This document shows, piece by piece, positions 7,886-16,960 of a stretch of 53,951 nucleotides of DNA (positions within the stretch are counted from its first letter, which is position 1; every line of letters starts with the position of its first letter). The notes beneath the pieces were generated by a model that saw only the letters and a list, made by a program, of their open reading frames with translations, did no database searches and had not been told where the DNA came from. The position numbers and the translations under genes were made by a program. This stretch comes from Armatimonadota bacterium (lineage in GTDB: Bacteria; Armatimonadota; Fimbriimonadia; Fimbriimonadales; GBS-DC): the NCBI GenBank assembly GCA_037442385.1, contig JBBIQJ010000001.1, positions 1-53,951 of the forward strand, in the 5' to 3' direction.

Positions 7886-9274
7886 ATGATGCGACATACT
7901 GCTGTAGTTGGGTTGGCACTTACGGCGCTGTTGACGATGGGCAGGCTCTCTGCCCAGGGACCCTTCGTTTACTTCGCAGGGAATCCCGCGAACTCGTGGT
8001 ATGTGGTAGGCGGTACATGCGACGCTCCCACCCTGACCGCAAACTACCTCTACTTCATTTCAGGCGATCTTGCCAGTGCAGGCTTGCCAGCACGCTGGAC
8101 AGCCCTTCCGTTCCGCATTCACAACACGATGACCTTCGACTCGATCTGTTACGCCCCAAGCCTGGCTACAGGAGTGCCCGAAATCCGCGTCTGGATTACA
8201 GGGGCGACCACCGATTCTGCTGGGTACCCGATTCCTGACCTGAGCAATGTCCTGTTCCAGACAAGCCTTGGGTTTTACCCAGGCGACCCGCCAAGCGATC
8301 CTTCCGACACATCCATTCTGACCTACTACGGAGGTACGACGACCTTCCTCTACTTGCGCACCAGCGCGCTGAACCAGAGCGTAACACTGTCCCCTGGTCT
8401 TTACTTCGCGATTATTGTGGGCGATGAGGACTATACCGCAGCAGGGCTGGATTCCTATGTCGCGCTGGCGATGGGCGCGCCGGGCGGTCCGAAACTGTAT
8501 TACACCCCGCGCGGTCTGGGTAGTGCCGGGAGCGACCCCATCCAACCAAGCAGCTGGCAGCGCTTCCGCTACAACACTTCGGTGGCGCCCTTCACCTGTG
8601 AGCGCATCCTGAACACCGACCTGCCTTTCCGCGATGGGGATCCGTTTGCCAACACTCCGCCGTGGAACGGAGTGCCCGACTGGAACCGCTACCATGCTCC
8701 TGCACTCTATCAGGGGGTGCTGGGCTTCCGCAATTCAGCCGCGGCTTCAGGCAAGGTGGTCGGCACAGCCCAGTGCGCGGATGCGCCTTCCCCCGCACCG
8801 CCTACCAACGTGGAAGTGATTTTCTATCGCCCGGGCACGAAGCAGCGCGTTGCGCGATTCAGCATGCCGAGCGCAGCAGGACCCGACTTCCCCATCGACA
8901 CGCCCGAAGTGGAGGCGGGCACTTACGACATCGTGGTGCGCCCCATCTACGCGCCCAGTATCCTTTCAATCAACTGCCCGACTAACCTCTGTGTTACAGG
9001 CGTGAGCTTCGACACGGAGACCCACTGGCTGGGCGTGCGCATCCCGAATGTGAATGTGTCGGGCACGGTGGACCTGGGCACGGTCATCCTGCCGAACGGC
9101 GACACGAACGCCGACCTGGCGGTGGATGACGCCGACCTGCTGACCATCCTGTTCGCGTTCGGCACGAACGATCCCGCTGCCGACCTGAATGGCGACGGTA
9201 CAGTGGATGACGCGGATCTGCTGATTGTTCTCTTCAACTTCGGCGCCCAGGGCGAAGACGGCGACGAAGAGTAA
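7886..9274 (+). CDS. Secreted hypothetical protein with two C-terminal dockerin-like (EF-hand-like) repeats
   Basis: 462 aa with a signal peptide (MMRHTAVVGLALTALLTMGRLSAQGP). The C-terminus is DTNADLAVDDADLLTILFAFG...DLNGDGTVDDADLLIVLFNFG followed by an acidic tail. Confidence 0.7.
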   Translation: MMRHTAVVGLALTALLTMGRLSAQGPFVYFAGNPANSWYVVGGTCDAPTLTANYLYFISGDLASAGLPARWTALPFRIHNTMTFDSICYAPSLATGVPEIRVWITGATTDSAGYPIPDLSNVLFQTSLGFYPGDPPSDPSDTSILTYYGGTTTFLYLRTSALNQSVTLSPGLYFAIIVGDEDYTAAGLDSYVALAMGAPGGPKLYYTPRGLGSAGSDPIQPSSWQRFRYNTSVAPFTCERILNTDLPFRDGDPFANTPPWNGVPDWNRYHAPALYQGVLGFRNSAAASGKVVGTAQCADAPSPAPPTNVEVIFYRPGTKQRVARFSMPSAAGPDFPIDTPEVEAGTYDIVVRPIYAPSILSINCPTNLCVTGVSFDTETHWLGVRIPNVNVSGTVDLGTVILPNGDTNADLAVDDADLLTILFAFGTNDPAADLNGDGTVDDADLLIVLFNFGAQGEDGDEE

Positions 9275-9382
9275 CTTGTTTTTTCAAGGGGCTGGCGGCA
9301 GATTGCCCCAGCTCCTTTTTACAAAAACCTGCAGGAATCTGGGGGTTTTTGGGTGTAATTATCCTCAGGAGGTGTTAAACCG

Positions 9383-10339
9383 ATGCGTAAGCGTGGCTTT
9401 ACGCTGATTGAGTTGCTTGTCGTGATTGCGATTATCGCCATTCTGGCGGCAATCTTGTTCCCCGTGTTTGCGCAGGCGCGGGAAAGCGCCCGTCAGATTA
9501 CCTGCGCCAGTCGTTATCATCAGGTAGCCCGCGGGGTCGTGATGTATACCAGCGATTACGACACGACCCAACCGCTGACTCAGTGGTTTGCCTCGTTTGC
9601 CGGGCAGGAGAACTGCACTGACCGCATTCTGGCGCAGCTGCTCTGGCCCTATGTGAAAAACTGGCTCATGTTCCGCTGTCCTTCCGACCCGCATGCCACC
9701 GACTCCGGGCTGGATGCCTGCGCGGCAGATGGCGAGACCCCGCCGACCCAGCAGTGCATCCGTGAGTATCGCTGGGCGCTTAAAACGGACCTGGGTTACA
9801 ACTATGTGTATCTCTCGCCCATCATGGAGCAAGCGAATACGGGGCGCTGGTATAATGCCCCCGCCACCGATGCCCGAATTCGCAACCATGCTTCCACAGT
9901 GCTCTTTGTGGATAGCCTCTGGTGGCGCGACCCCGCTTCGCGACAGCCCCTCTGCGGCGGTAACTGGATTGTGATGCCGCCATGCCGCTACTGGCGCAAC
10001 CCTTCGGGCGGTGTCGTGGATAGCTTCACGATTGTCCGTCAGCAGTGCGACAGTGGGGCTGCCAGTCGGTGGTACGACTATGCCGCCAATAGCTGCGGCA
10101 TGGGTGCGCGCCCCGCATGCTGGCGTCTGCAGTCGGCGACGGGCTGGTACACCTGGATGGAGTTCGGCGGCGCATGGCCCTGGCACCGACGCGAGCGGAT
10201 GATGGTCGCGTTCGTCGACGGACATGTCAAACCCTACACGCCTGCCCAGCTCACTCAAGGTTGTGATGCGCGCCCGCAGTGTGGTGGTTTCATCCTGGAT
10301 CCTCAGCAGTATCTGTGGGATCTGGATGACTACTACTAA
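9383..10339 (+). CDS. Prepilin-type N-terminal cleavage/methylation domain protein, DUF1559/H-X9-DG family (copy 1)
   Basis: The leader MRKRG|[29 protein letters not shown] has G at -1, F at +1 and E at +5. The C-terminal tail is [16 protein letters not shown] lies 8 nt upstream of the ATG. Confidence 0.85.
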   Translation: MRKRGFTLIELLVVIAIIAILAAILFPVFAQARESARQITCASRYHQVARGVVMYTSDYDTTQPLTQWFASFAGQENCTDRILAQLLWPYVKNWLMFRCPSDPHATDSGLDACAADGETPPTQQCIREYRWALKTDLGYNYVYLSPIMEQANTGRWYNAPATDARIRNHASTVLFVDSLWWRDPASRQPLCGGNWIVMPPCRYWRNPSGGVVDSFTIVRQQCDSGAASRWYDYAANSCGMGARPACWRLQSATGWYTWMEFGGAWPWHRRERMMVAFVDGHVKPYTPAQLTQGCDARPQCGGFILDPQQYLWDLDDYY

Positions 10340-10344
10340 GCGAG

Positions 10345-10587
10345 GTGAGCAGGATGCAAATTCCTAAACCTGTCGCGATTGCACTGATTGTGCTGGTTGC
10401 GGTGATTGCTATCGCCGCGGCGTGGTATTTCTCTTCGGGCGGCGGCGCTTCAAGCGAACCCGCAGCTCACGCCTACCCGAAAGCGCAACCCGACCAGCCC
10501 GGAGTGGAAGCGTTCGGAGTGCAACCCCCTGACAATCGCGCGGCTCCTGCGTCTTCTCTCCCTCTGGAAACAGGTGGCAAGCGCTGA
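10345..10587 (+). CDS. Mini single-pass membrane protein (cassette partner 1)
   Basis: 77-80 aa, starting at GTG 10345 or ATG 10354, with GAGGTGAG just upstream. One TM helix (PVAIALIVLVAVIAIAAAWYF) is followed by a G/P/A/Q-rich tail. It starts 5 nt after the upstream stop codon. Confidence 0.5.
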   Translation: MSRMQIPKPVAIALIVLVAVIAIAAAWYFSSGGGASSEPAAHAYPKAQPDQPGVEAFGVQPPDNRAAPASSLPLETGGKR

Positions 10588-10598
10588 TTCGCAGTTCG

Positions 10599-10628
10599 CC
10601 CCCTCTCAGGCAGTCTGGGAGGGGGTTT
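10599..10628 (+). terminator. Putative rho-independent terminator overlapping the 3' end of convergent gatA
   Basis: CCCCCTC (10599..10605) pairs with GAGGGGG (10619..10625), followed by TTT. Confidence 0.35.
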
Positions 10629-12051
10629 CCCGAATCTGCTCCCAGGTGTAGCCCACGCGCAACACGGTCGGCTCGTCAAATGGCTTGCCGATAACCTGCA
10701 GCCCTACGGGCAACCCTTCCGCCAGACCACACGGAACCGACAAACCCGGCAGACCCGCCAGATTCACGGGGATGGTCAGCACATCCATCAGTTTCATCGC
10801 TACGGGGTCGTTCACCAGCTCGCCGAGTTTAAAGGGCGGCGTCGGCGCTGTGGGGCACACCAGCACATCCACTTCCTGAAACACGCGCTCGAACTCATGG
10901 CGCAACAGGGTGCGCCCCTTTTGCGCTTTGAGATAATACGCATCGTAGTAGCCCGACGAGAGCGCGTAGGTTCCGATAATTATCCGCTGGATGACCTCCT
11001 TGCCGAATCCCTGTGCGCGAGTGGCTTCCATCATGCCGATATGCCCTTTCTCCGCGCCCACGCGCAGCCCGTAGCGCACGCCGTCGTAGCGCGCAAGATT
11101 CGACGAACACTCCGCTGGCGCGAGGATGTAATACATTGCCAACCCCTGTTCCGCCATCGGGATGGAAACCTCGCGCACCTCCGCGCCTGCCGCCTCCAGC
11201 GCGGCAATCGCCTCTTGCACACGCTGGGCAACTTCCGGGTGAACCCCCTCAAAAAACTCCTTCGGAACGCCCAGTCGCAGCCCCTTGACATCGGCGCGCA
11301 ACGCCTCGCGATAGTCGGGCACGGGCACATCCACGCTGGTGGCGTCTAGCGGGTCCTTGCCTGCAATTACCTGAAGCACCAGCGCGCAGTCTTCCACCGT
11401 TTTGGTGATGGGGCCAATCTGGTCCAGCGAGGAGGCGTAGGCGATTAATCCGTAGCGGCTGACGCGCCCGTAGGTCGGTTTCAGCCCCACCACACCGCAA
11501 TACGCCGCCGGCTGACGGATAGAACCGCCCGTGTCGGAACCCAGCGCCGCGACCGCCATATCACTGGCGACCGCCGCTGCCGAACCGCCTGAAGACCCTC
11601 CTGGCACACGCTCCAGATCGCGCGGATTGCGTGTAGGGTGAAACGCCGAGAATTCGGTTGAACCCCCCATCGCGAACTCGTCCATGTTTGCTTTGCCCAC
11701 GATGACCGCGCCTGCCTGCTTCAGTCGGACGACCACAGTGGCGTCGTAGGGGGGCACATAGTTTTCCAGAATCCGCGAGGCGCAGGTGGTGCGCACGCCG
11801 CGCGTGCTGATGTTGTCCTTAATCGCAATCGGGATGCCCAGTAAGGGGCTCCACTCGCCGCTGGCGAGTCGGGCGTCCGCCTCCCGCGCCATCTGACGCG
11901 CCAGTTCGGGCGTGAGCGTGATAAAGGCGCCAATCTGGGGTTCCGTGCGTTCAATATGGCTCAACACCGCTTCGGTCAGCTCCGTCGCCGAGATTTCACG
12001 CCGACGGAGTTTTTCGCTCAGGACGCTCAGGCTCAGAGTGTGTAGTGCCAT
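10606..12051 (-). CDS. gatA: Glutamyl-tRNA(Gln) amidotransferase subunit A
   Basis: 481 aa with the amidase signature ([27 protein letters not shown]). It directly follows gatC with no gap. Confidence 0.95.
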   Translation of the reverse strand: MALHTLSLSVLSEKLRRREISATELTEAVLSHIERTEPQIGAFITLTPELARQMAREADARLASGEWSPLLGIPIAIKDNISTRGVRTTCASRILENYVPPYDATVVVRLKQAGAVIVGKANMDEFAMGGSTEFSAFHPTRNPRDLERVPGGSSGGSAAAVASDMAVAALGSDTGGSIRQPAAYCGVVGLKPTYGRVSRYGLIAYASSLDQIGPITKTVEDCALVLQVIAGKDPLDATSVDVPVPDYREALRADVKGLRLGVPKEFFEGVHPEVAQRVQEAIAALEAAGAEVREVSIPMAEQGLAMYYILAPAECSSNLARYDGVRYGLRVGAEKGHIGMMEATRAQGFGKEVIQRIIIGTYALSSGYYDAYYLKAQKGRTLLRHEFERVFQEVDVLVCPTAPTPPFKLGELVNDPVAMKLMDVLTIPVNLAGLPGLSVPCGLAEGLPVGLQVIGKPFDEPTVLRVGYTWEQIRETPSQTA

Positions 12052-12342
12052 CTATTCCTCCACGATACGGGGTACGATGAACAGCCCATCACGGGCTTCG
12101 GGGGCGTTCGCCAGCACCTCCTCGCGGGGCAGCGGCGTGCCTAGCACATCCTCCCGAAAGGCGTTATCCACAGGAATGGAGTGCGAAGTCGGCTCCACAT
12201 CGTCCAGCGGGAGCGCCTGCAACTTCTCGAAGTGTGCCATCAGCGCATTAATCGGCGCCATGAGCTCCTCTAACTGTGCATCGCTCAGCTCCAGCCGCGC
12301 CAGCTTCGCAATATGACGCATCTGCTCCAGGGTCAACGCCAT
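12052..12342 (-). CDS. gatC: Glutamyl-tRNA(Gln) amidotransferase subunit C
   Basis: 96 aa with [17 protein letters not shown]...DDVEPTSH, typical of GatC. Confidence 0.9.
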   Translation of the reverse strand: MALTLEQMRHIAKLARLELSDAQLEELMAPINALMAHFEKLQALPLDDVEPTSHSIPVDNAFREDVLGTPLPREEVLANAPEARDGLFIVPRIVEE

Positions 12343-12468
12343 AACGCCCGAAATTATACCGCTTCCCGCCTGCCCCCTGAAAACCTCAAAAACGAGGGGT
12401 TTTTGTGGAGAAAGGAGGCAGGAACCGGCGTACTGGTAGCGTATAAGAGAAATATGGAGGTCAGACTC

Positions 12469-13266
12469 ATGCGAAGAGGCTTTACATTGATTGAGCTTCT
12501 GGTGGTGATTGCGATTATCGCGATTCTGGCAGCGATTCTGTTCCCCGTGTTCGCACAGGCACGGGAGAAAGCACGCCAGACCACCTGCGTTTCCAATACA
12601 AAACAGCTATTGCTCTCCGCTTTGATGTATCAACAGGACTGGGAAGAGAAGTTTCACCGCCTGCTGGTGGGTAGCCGCAACTTTAACAACGACCCCAACG
12701 GACCCGACCAGGCGTTTGGCGCGGAGGATGCGCTGATGCCCTATGTGAAGAACCGCGGCATTTTCAGCTGCCCCAGCGATAACGTGAACCGCGACGATTG
12801 TACGGGGCCAAACGGCACATGGTTTCCCATCAGCTACTCATGGACGCACTATCAGCCCGACCCCACATGGGAGAACATCGCCACCTTTGGGGTCAGCGCC
12901 TATTACTCGTGGGCTGACTCGCGCCCGATGGCGGTGATTGGGCGCCCTGCCGAGACGATTGTGATGTACGAACTCTGGACGACCGTGAGCTATGGGCGCT
13001 ACATGAGCTACTGGCGCTGGGATAACCGCAATATCGCCGACCCGACCTGGCCCGACGCGCCGAACACCTTCGCGTTCAACTGGTGTGGTCAGGGCGATGC
13101 CCGCATGACCATCGGCGCCCATTCTAAGCTCACCACCTTCGGTTTTGCCGACGGACACGCCAAGCCGATGGATCGCAAGTCTATCATGGCATGGCCATGG
13201 GATCAGACCGCCGTCCAGCAGAAGCGTCGTAACCTCATCCACTGGAGCGAGGAGTTCAAGAACTGA
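12469..13266 (+). CDS. Prepilin-type N-terminal cleavage/methylation domain protein, DUF1559/H-X9-DG family (copy 2)
   Basis: Start chosen at ATG 12469 (MRRG|FTLIELLVV...), with GGAGG at 12456..12460. The exact H-X9-DG motif is [12 protein letters not shown]. The longer ORF from 12313 would overlap gatC and was rejected. Confidence 0.85.
   Translation: MRRGFTLIELLVVIAIIAILAAILFPVFAQAREKARQTTCVSNTKQLLLSALMYQQDWEEKFHRLLVGSRNFNNDPNGPDQAFGAEDALMPYVKNRGIFSCPSDNVNRDDCTGPNGTWFPISYSWTHYQPDPTWENIATFGVSAYYSWADSRPMAVIGRPAETIVMYELWTTVSYGRYMSYWRWDNRNIADPTWPDAPNTFAFNWCGQGDARMTIGAHSKLTTFGFADGHAKPMDRKSIMAWPWDQTAVQQKRRNLIHWSEEFKN
12487..12554 (+). repeat. 68-nt exact repeat, copy A (prepilin leader coding region)
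   Basis: Checked base by base and identical to 13883..13950: ttgattgagcttctggtggtgattgcgattatcgcgattctggcagcgattctgttccccgtgttcgc. Confidence 0.9.
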
Positions 13267-13277
13267 GGAGGCGCGCG

Positions 13278-13484
13278 ATGAACGAACAAACGAAGAAGAC
13301 GCTGATAATCATCTTTGCGATTGTCGCCATTTTGCTTGCAGGCTATTCGGCGTATCGCAGCTTTCGTCAGGAAGAGGGCAAGGTGATTCAGACCATCGAT
13401 ATGATTCCGGGCGGCAAGGCGGGTGAAATACAGCGCCAGCAAGAGGGTGGCGGTCAGGAGATGCCGCCGACGCCGCCGCGGTAG
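13278..13484 (+). CDS. Mini single-pass membrane protein (cassette partner 2)
   Basis: 68 aa: MNEQTKKT, then the TM helix LIIIFAIVAILLAGYSAY, then a G/Q/E/P-rich tail. It starts 11 nt after the upstream stop, with GAGGAGG upstream. Confidence 0.5.
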   Translation: MNEQTKKTLIIIFAIVAILLAGYSAYRSFRQEEGKVIQTIDMIPGGKAGEIQRQQEGGGQEMPPTPPR

Positions 13485-13490
13485 TAGAGC

Positions 13491-13530
13491 AGGGGGCGCT
13501 ATGCCCGTGGCGCCCTCTCGTTTCTGTTCT
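13491..13530 (+). terminator. Rho-independent terminator
   Basis: A 9-bp stem (13491..13499 with 13510..13518, including one G-U pair) and a 10-nt loop, followed by the T-rich CGTTTCTGTTCT. Confidence 0.5.
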
Positions 13531-13606
13531 GTGTAGAAAGCGGTTAGCTCAGACAGCTGACGCTGTTCCTGACAAACAAAACCAGTCTGCGCTGGCTCTC
13601 CGGAGC

Positions 13607-13698
13607 TTGGGCATCTTGCCCAAAATCACGCGCAGGATGCGCGTGCTACCGGAGCCGACGTAGGTCGGCTTCGTGTTGTGGGAACGGCTTTAGCCGTT
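13607..13698 (+). other. Array of four tight hairpins in a 375-nt intergenic region
   Basis: Stems: 13607..13613/13617..13623 (7 bp), 13627..13634/13638..13645 (8 bp), 13653..13659/13664..13670 (7 bp) and 13683..13688/13693..13698 (6 bp), with 3-4 nt loops. CCGGAGC precedes hairpins 1 and 3. Confidence 0.4.
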
Positions 13699-13861
13699 GG
13701 GCAGAAACACCCTCTGATTCCGCGGTCTGCTCGGTTTCTGGACAACTTCTTCGCCGTTGCGTTTTCGCGCCAAAAAACGCTTCCGGGTCGCTCTTATCTG
13801 GCAGGAATTCTTCGGACAGCAGGCTATAATATATAAGTAGCCTTTCACAGGAGGTGCTGCA

Positions 13862-14806
13862 ATGCGACAGCGTGGATTCACTTTGATTGAGCTTCTGGTG
13901 GTGATTGCGATTATCGCGATTCTGGCAGCGATTCTGTTCCCCGTGTTCGCGCGTGCACGAGAAAGCGCACGAAAGACCCAGTGTCTCAGTAACCTGAAGC
14001 AGTTGGGCACTGCCATCACCATGTACGCCAACGACTACGATGAGACCTTCCCCGAGTTAGCAAGCGGCGGGTGCTGGGGGCGCGCTTCGATCGCGAACTC
14101 CTTGTGGACACGCCAGATTTACCCCTATGTAAAGAACAAGGGCGTTTATAACTGTCCTTCGGCGGCTCAGTCGCGTGCGGGATTCCGGTTTAACGCCAGT
14201 GTACCTGTCCCCGAAGATCAGGAGGTGAACCCACCCCCTTGCGGCAACTGGCATACCGATCGTCGTCTCCAGTCCATCGGAATGAACAAATACTTCGCAC
14301 CCTACTGGCAGTGTCGGGAAGGGGTTGATCCCGGTTGTCAAGCGGTGTGGGATCCATGTGCTTCAAACCCTAACAATTGTGATGGAACCTGTTCTGCGCA
14401 ATACATTCGATACGCCCGCATCCGCGAAGCCGCCAGCATGGTGGTACTGACAGACGGCGTGACCAGCTGTGATGGTGGTGGCGGCTACTGGATTAATGTT
14501 TCCACCCCCGTGAATGGATTCTTCGGTATCTCTGGGCGTCATGAAGGGCATGTGGTGACCTTCGCCGATGGACACAGCAAGTGGTTCCCTGTGCGTCAGG
14601 ATGCCCAGATTGCGCAGGCAGCGGGCGATCCGAATGTGCGTGTTTCTGCAACCCAACACCGTGGTATGGTGCTGGAGCGGGTTCAGACGGGGGCGCAGAA
14701 CTTCACCTGTGTGAACTTCAATCCTGCAGGCGTCCACTGGAACCCGATGGTCTACTACCCCGGCGACAACCCGACCATCGACCAGCAGTGCCGTTCGACG
14801 ATGTGA
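13862..14806 (+). CDS. Prepilin-type N-terminal cleavage/methylation domain protein, DUF1559/H-X9-DG family (copy 3)
   Basis: Leader MRQRG|[29 protein letters not shown], tail [22 protein letters not shown] lies upstream, and a TATAAT sits at 13825..13830. Confidence 0.85.
   Translation: MRQRGFTLIELLVVIAIIAILAAILFPVFARARESARKTQCLSNLKQLGTAITMYANDYDETFPELASGGCWGRASIANSLWTRQIYPYVKNKGVYNCPSAAQSRAGFRFNASVPVPEDQEVNPPPCGNWHTDRRLQSIGMNKYFAPYWQCREGVDPGCQAVWDPCASNPNNCDGTCSAQYIRYARIREAASMVVLTDGVTSCDGGGGYWINVSTPVNGFFGISGRHEGHVVTFADGHSKWFPVRQDAQIAQAAGDPNVRVSATQHRGMVLERVQTGAQNFTCVNFNPAGVHWNPMVYYPGDNPTIDQQCRSTM
13883..13950 (+). repeat. 68-nt exact repeat, copy B
   Basis: Identical to 12487..12554. Confidence 0.9.
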
Positions 14807-14858
14807 TTCCTAACCTGTGGGGAGCCAGAAAGGCTCCCTTCACCACAGGGGGTTTGAG

Positions 14859-15056
14859 ATGAAGAAAGAGGTTCCTACCTGGCTTGTGGTGGTTGCGATT
14901 GTCGTTGTGGTGGCGCTGGTAGCCGCATGGCTCTGGCAAGGCACTTCCAAAAGCAACGATGTGGTTGTGCCCAAAACCTTTGGCGACGAGTCGAATCCGT
15001 GGGGTAATCAGGGGGCGCCAGCGCGTCCCCAGGGGCAGGGCGCCAGCGGTCCATAG
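14859..15056 (+). CDS. Mini single-pass membrane protein (cassette partner 3)
   Basis: Start chosen at ATG 14859, with AGGGGG 6-11 nt upstream. MKKEVPT, then the TM helix WLVVVAIVVVVALVAAWLW, then a G/Q/P/N-rich tail. 65 aa. Confidence 0.45.
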   Translation: MKKEVPTWLVVVAIVVVVALVAAWLWQGTSKSNDVVVPKTFGDESNPWGNQGAPARPQGQGASGP

Positions 15057-15059
15057 CCC

Positions 15060-16922
15060 CTATCCCACAGGCATCCATACGCGCATCGGGCACGGCTGGC
15101 GGTTATGCCACGCATAGTACGGGATAGCGCGGAAAGTGGCCCTCTGGCGCGGCGCCAGCGGGCGATAGAGCCGGTTGCCCCAGGCGGAGTCGTCGTCTAA
15201 CACGACGGCTCCGCCTTCAATCACTCCCACGCCGTTTAGCAGGTTCGGCTCCCAGCGGTAGCGGAGCGGGCTCTGAGAGTCCACCGCCATCCGTTCCAGC
15301 GGCGCGGGTTGGTCTATTTCTTCCAGGCAGTAGACCAGCGGACCGCGCTGAATCGCTGCCTGCCAGCGGTCTGCCTCCACACGCGGGTGCGCCTCCATGA
15401 AGACAGGCGCCATGGGCAACTCCAGCGTAAGGCGGTCTTCTGGCTTCCACGAGCGGCGTATCACTGCGTAGCCTTTCTGAATCTTCGGCGGGAGCGGTTT
15501 CCCGTTCAGCGTCAGGCGTGGCTGGGCGCACCAATCGGGGAGACGCAGGTGCAGTCCAAACTCCACAGGGGCGCCCTCCACCACTTGAACCTCTATCGTG
15601 CCGTCCCATGGGTAGTTCGTGCGTACCTGTAGCACTGCCTCACGCCCTGCGAGCAAGAGTTTCGCGCGGCTCTCCACATAGAGGTTCACCCACAGGTCGC
15701 TTTCTGCCTGGGCATAGAGATAGCCCCCCAGCGAGGCAATCAGGCGAGCGATGTTCGGCGGACAGCAGGCGCAGGCGTACCAGGGTCGGCGGTGGTGTGT
15801 GCCGTCGCTCTCCAGCGGGTTCACATAGTAGAAGTTTTTGCCGTCCAGCGCGATTCCCGCGAGCGCGCCATTGTAGAGCGCCCGTTCCAGTGCGTCGAAA
15901 AAGCGGGCTTCTTCCAGCAGCAAGCCCATCCGGTGCGCCCAGAAAATCAGCGCGATTGAGGCACAGGTCTCCTGATAGGCGGTGCGGTTGGGCAGCTCGT
16001 AATCTCTGGTAAAGCCCTCGTGGCGCGCCTCGTTGCCGATGCCTCCAGTGATATAGGTGCGCCTCGAAATCGTGTTCTCCCACACGCGTAGCAACATCTG
16101 CAGGACGCGCTCGTCGCCCGTGTCGGCAACGAGGTCGGTCGCGCCCGCGAACAGATAGGCGGCGCGCACGGCGTGCCCCACAATCTCCCGATGCTCGGTC
16201 AGCGGGACATTATCCTGCCAGATGGTGCCGTCGTACTGCTCCAGCGGGATGTTATGCTCCTGCGCGAAAATCTTTTTGCCCCGATTCAGCAGGAAGAAGC
16301 GTGCCAGGTCGCGATAACGCTTCTCGCCCGTGGCGCGAGAGAGTCGAAACAGCGCCAGCTCGATTTCGGGGTGTCCGCAGTAGCCCAGCCGTTTGCCAGG
16401 CGCGTCGCCAAAGACCGAATCGATGTAATCGGCGTAGCGAGTGGCGACTTTGAGCAGGCGGTCGCTCCCTGTGGCTTCGTAGTGGGCGACGGCAGCCTCA
16501 ATCAGGTGTCCCGCGCAATAAAGTTCGTGGTCATCGCGCAGGTTTGTCCAGCGGCGTTCGGGCGCCACCACCTGAAAATAGCTGTTCAGGTAGCCTTCGG
16601 GCGTCTGCGCCCGCTCCAGAATAGCGATGGCCTCGTCCAGCTTCTGGCGAATGGGGTCATCGGGGTAGAGTTGTAGCACATACGCCGCCGCCTCCATCGC
16701 CTTGTAGAGGTCGGAATCCATGTAGACGGGGCCCTGATAGCCTTCGCGCTTGCGCTCTGCCGCGAGGCGCAGATTGGGGATATTGCCTGCCCGCTCCAGC
16801 TCCGAAAAAAGATGGGGCACCGTGATGCTCCGATTCGCTTGCTGGCGCGGTTCCCAGAACTGGTCGCGGATTTCCACCTGACTCATCGGCACGGCTCGCA
16901 TAGGAGATATTGTACCCTTCAC
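15060..16922 (-). CDS. Glycoside hydrolase family 127 (beta-L-arabinofuranosidase-like, DUF1680)
   Basis: About 610-620 aa with the hallmark Cys-rich motif WYACACCPPNIARLIASLG and the N-terminal FWEPRQQ segment. Alternative in-frame starts are ATG 16901 and ATG 16886. Confidence 0.85.
   Translation of the reverse strand: MKGTISPMRAVPMSQVEIRDQFWEPRQQANRSITVPHLFSELERAGNIPNLRLAAERKREGYQGPVYMDSDLYKAMEAAAYVLQLYPDDPIRQKLDEAIAILERAQTPEGYLNSYFQVVAPERRWTNLRDDHELYCAGHLIEAAVAHYEATGSDRLLKVATRYADYIDSVFGDAPGKRLGYCGHPEIELALFRLSRATGEKRYRDLARFFLLNRGKKIFAQEHNIPLEQYDGTIWQDNVPLTEHREIVGHAVRAAYLFAGATDLVADTGDERVLQMLLRVWENTISRRTYITGGIGNEARHEGFTRDYELPNRTAYQETCASIALIFWAHRMGLLLEEARFFDALERALYNGALAGIALDGKNFYYVNPLESDGTHHRRPWYACACCPPNIARLIASLGGYLYAQAESDLWVNLYVESRAKLLLAGREAVLQVRTNYPWDGTIEVQVVEGAPVEFGLHLRLPDWCAQPRLTLNGKPLPPKIQKGYAVIRRSWKPEDRLTLELPMAPVFMEAHPRVEADRWQAAIQRGPLVYCLEEIDQPAPLERMAVDSQSPLRYRWEPNLLNGVGVIEGGAVVLDDDSAWGNRLYRPLAPRQRATFRAIPYYAWHNRQPCPMRVWMPVG
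16909..16914 (-). promoter_or_regulatory. -10 box (GGGTACAAT) 7 nt upstream of ATG 16901 of the GH127 gene
   Basis: The minus strand reads gggTACAATatctcctATG with no Shine-Dalgarno sequence, which suggests a leaderless transcript. Confidence 0.35.
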
Positions 16923-16960
16923 AGGCAGGGATTGCGTGCGCCTGCGCGAACTAAGGTGCT

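Noticed and set aside
9365-10258. 297-aa ORF antisense to prepilin-like gene copy 1
   Set aside because: The plus strand carries a canonical prepilin leader, an SD and the family tail motif. The antisense translation is Arg/Gly/Pro-rich with no features.
12313-12468. N-terminal extension of prepilin-like gene copy 2 (ORF track start 12313)
   Set aside because: The extension would overlap the gatC start and places 52 non-conserved residues before the MRRG|FTLIE leader. ATG 12469 has a GGAGG at the right distance and matches the other two paralogs.
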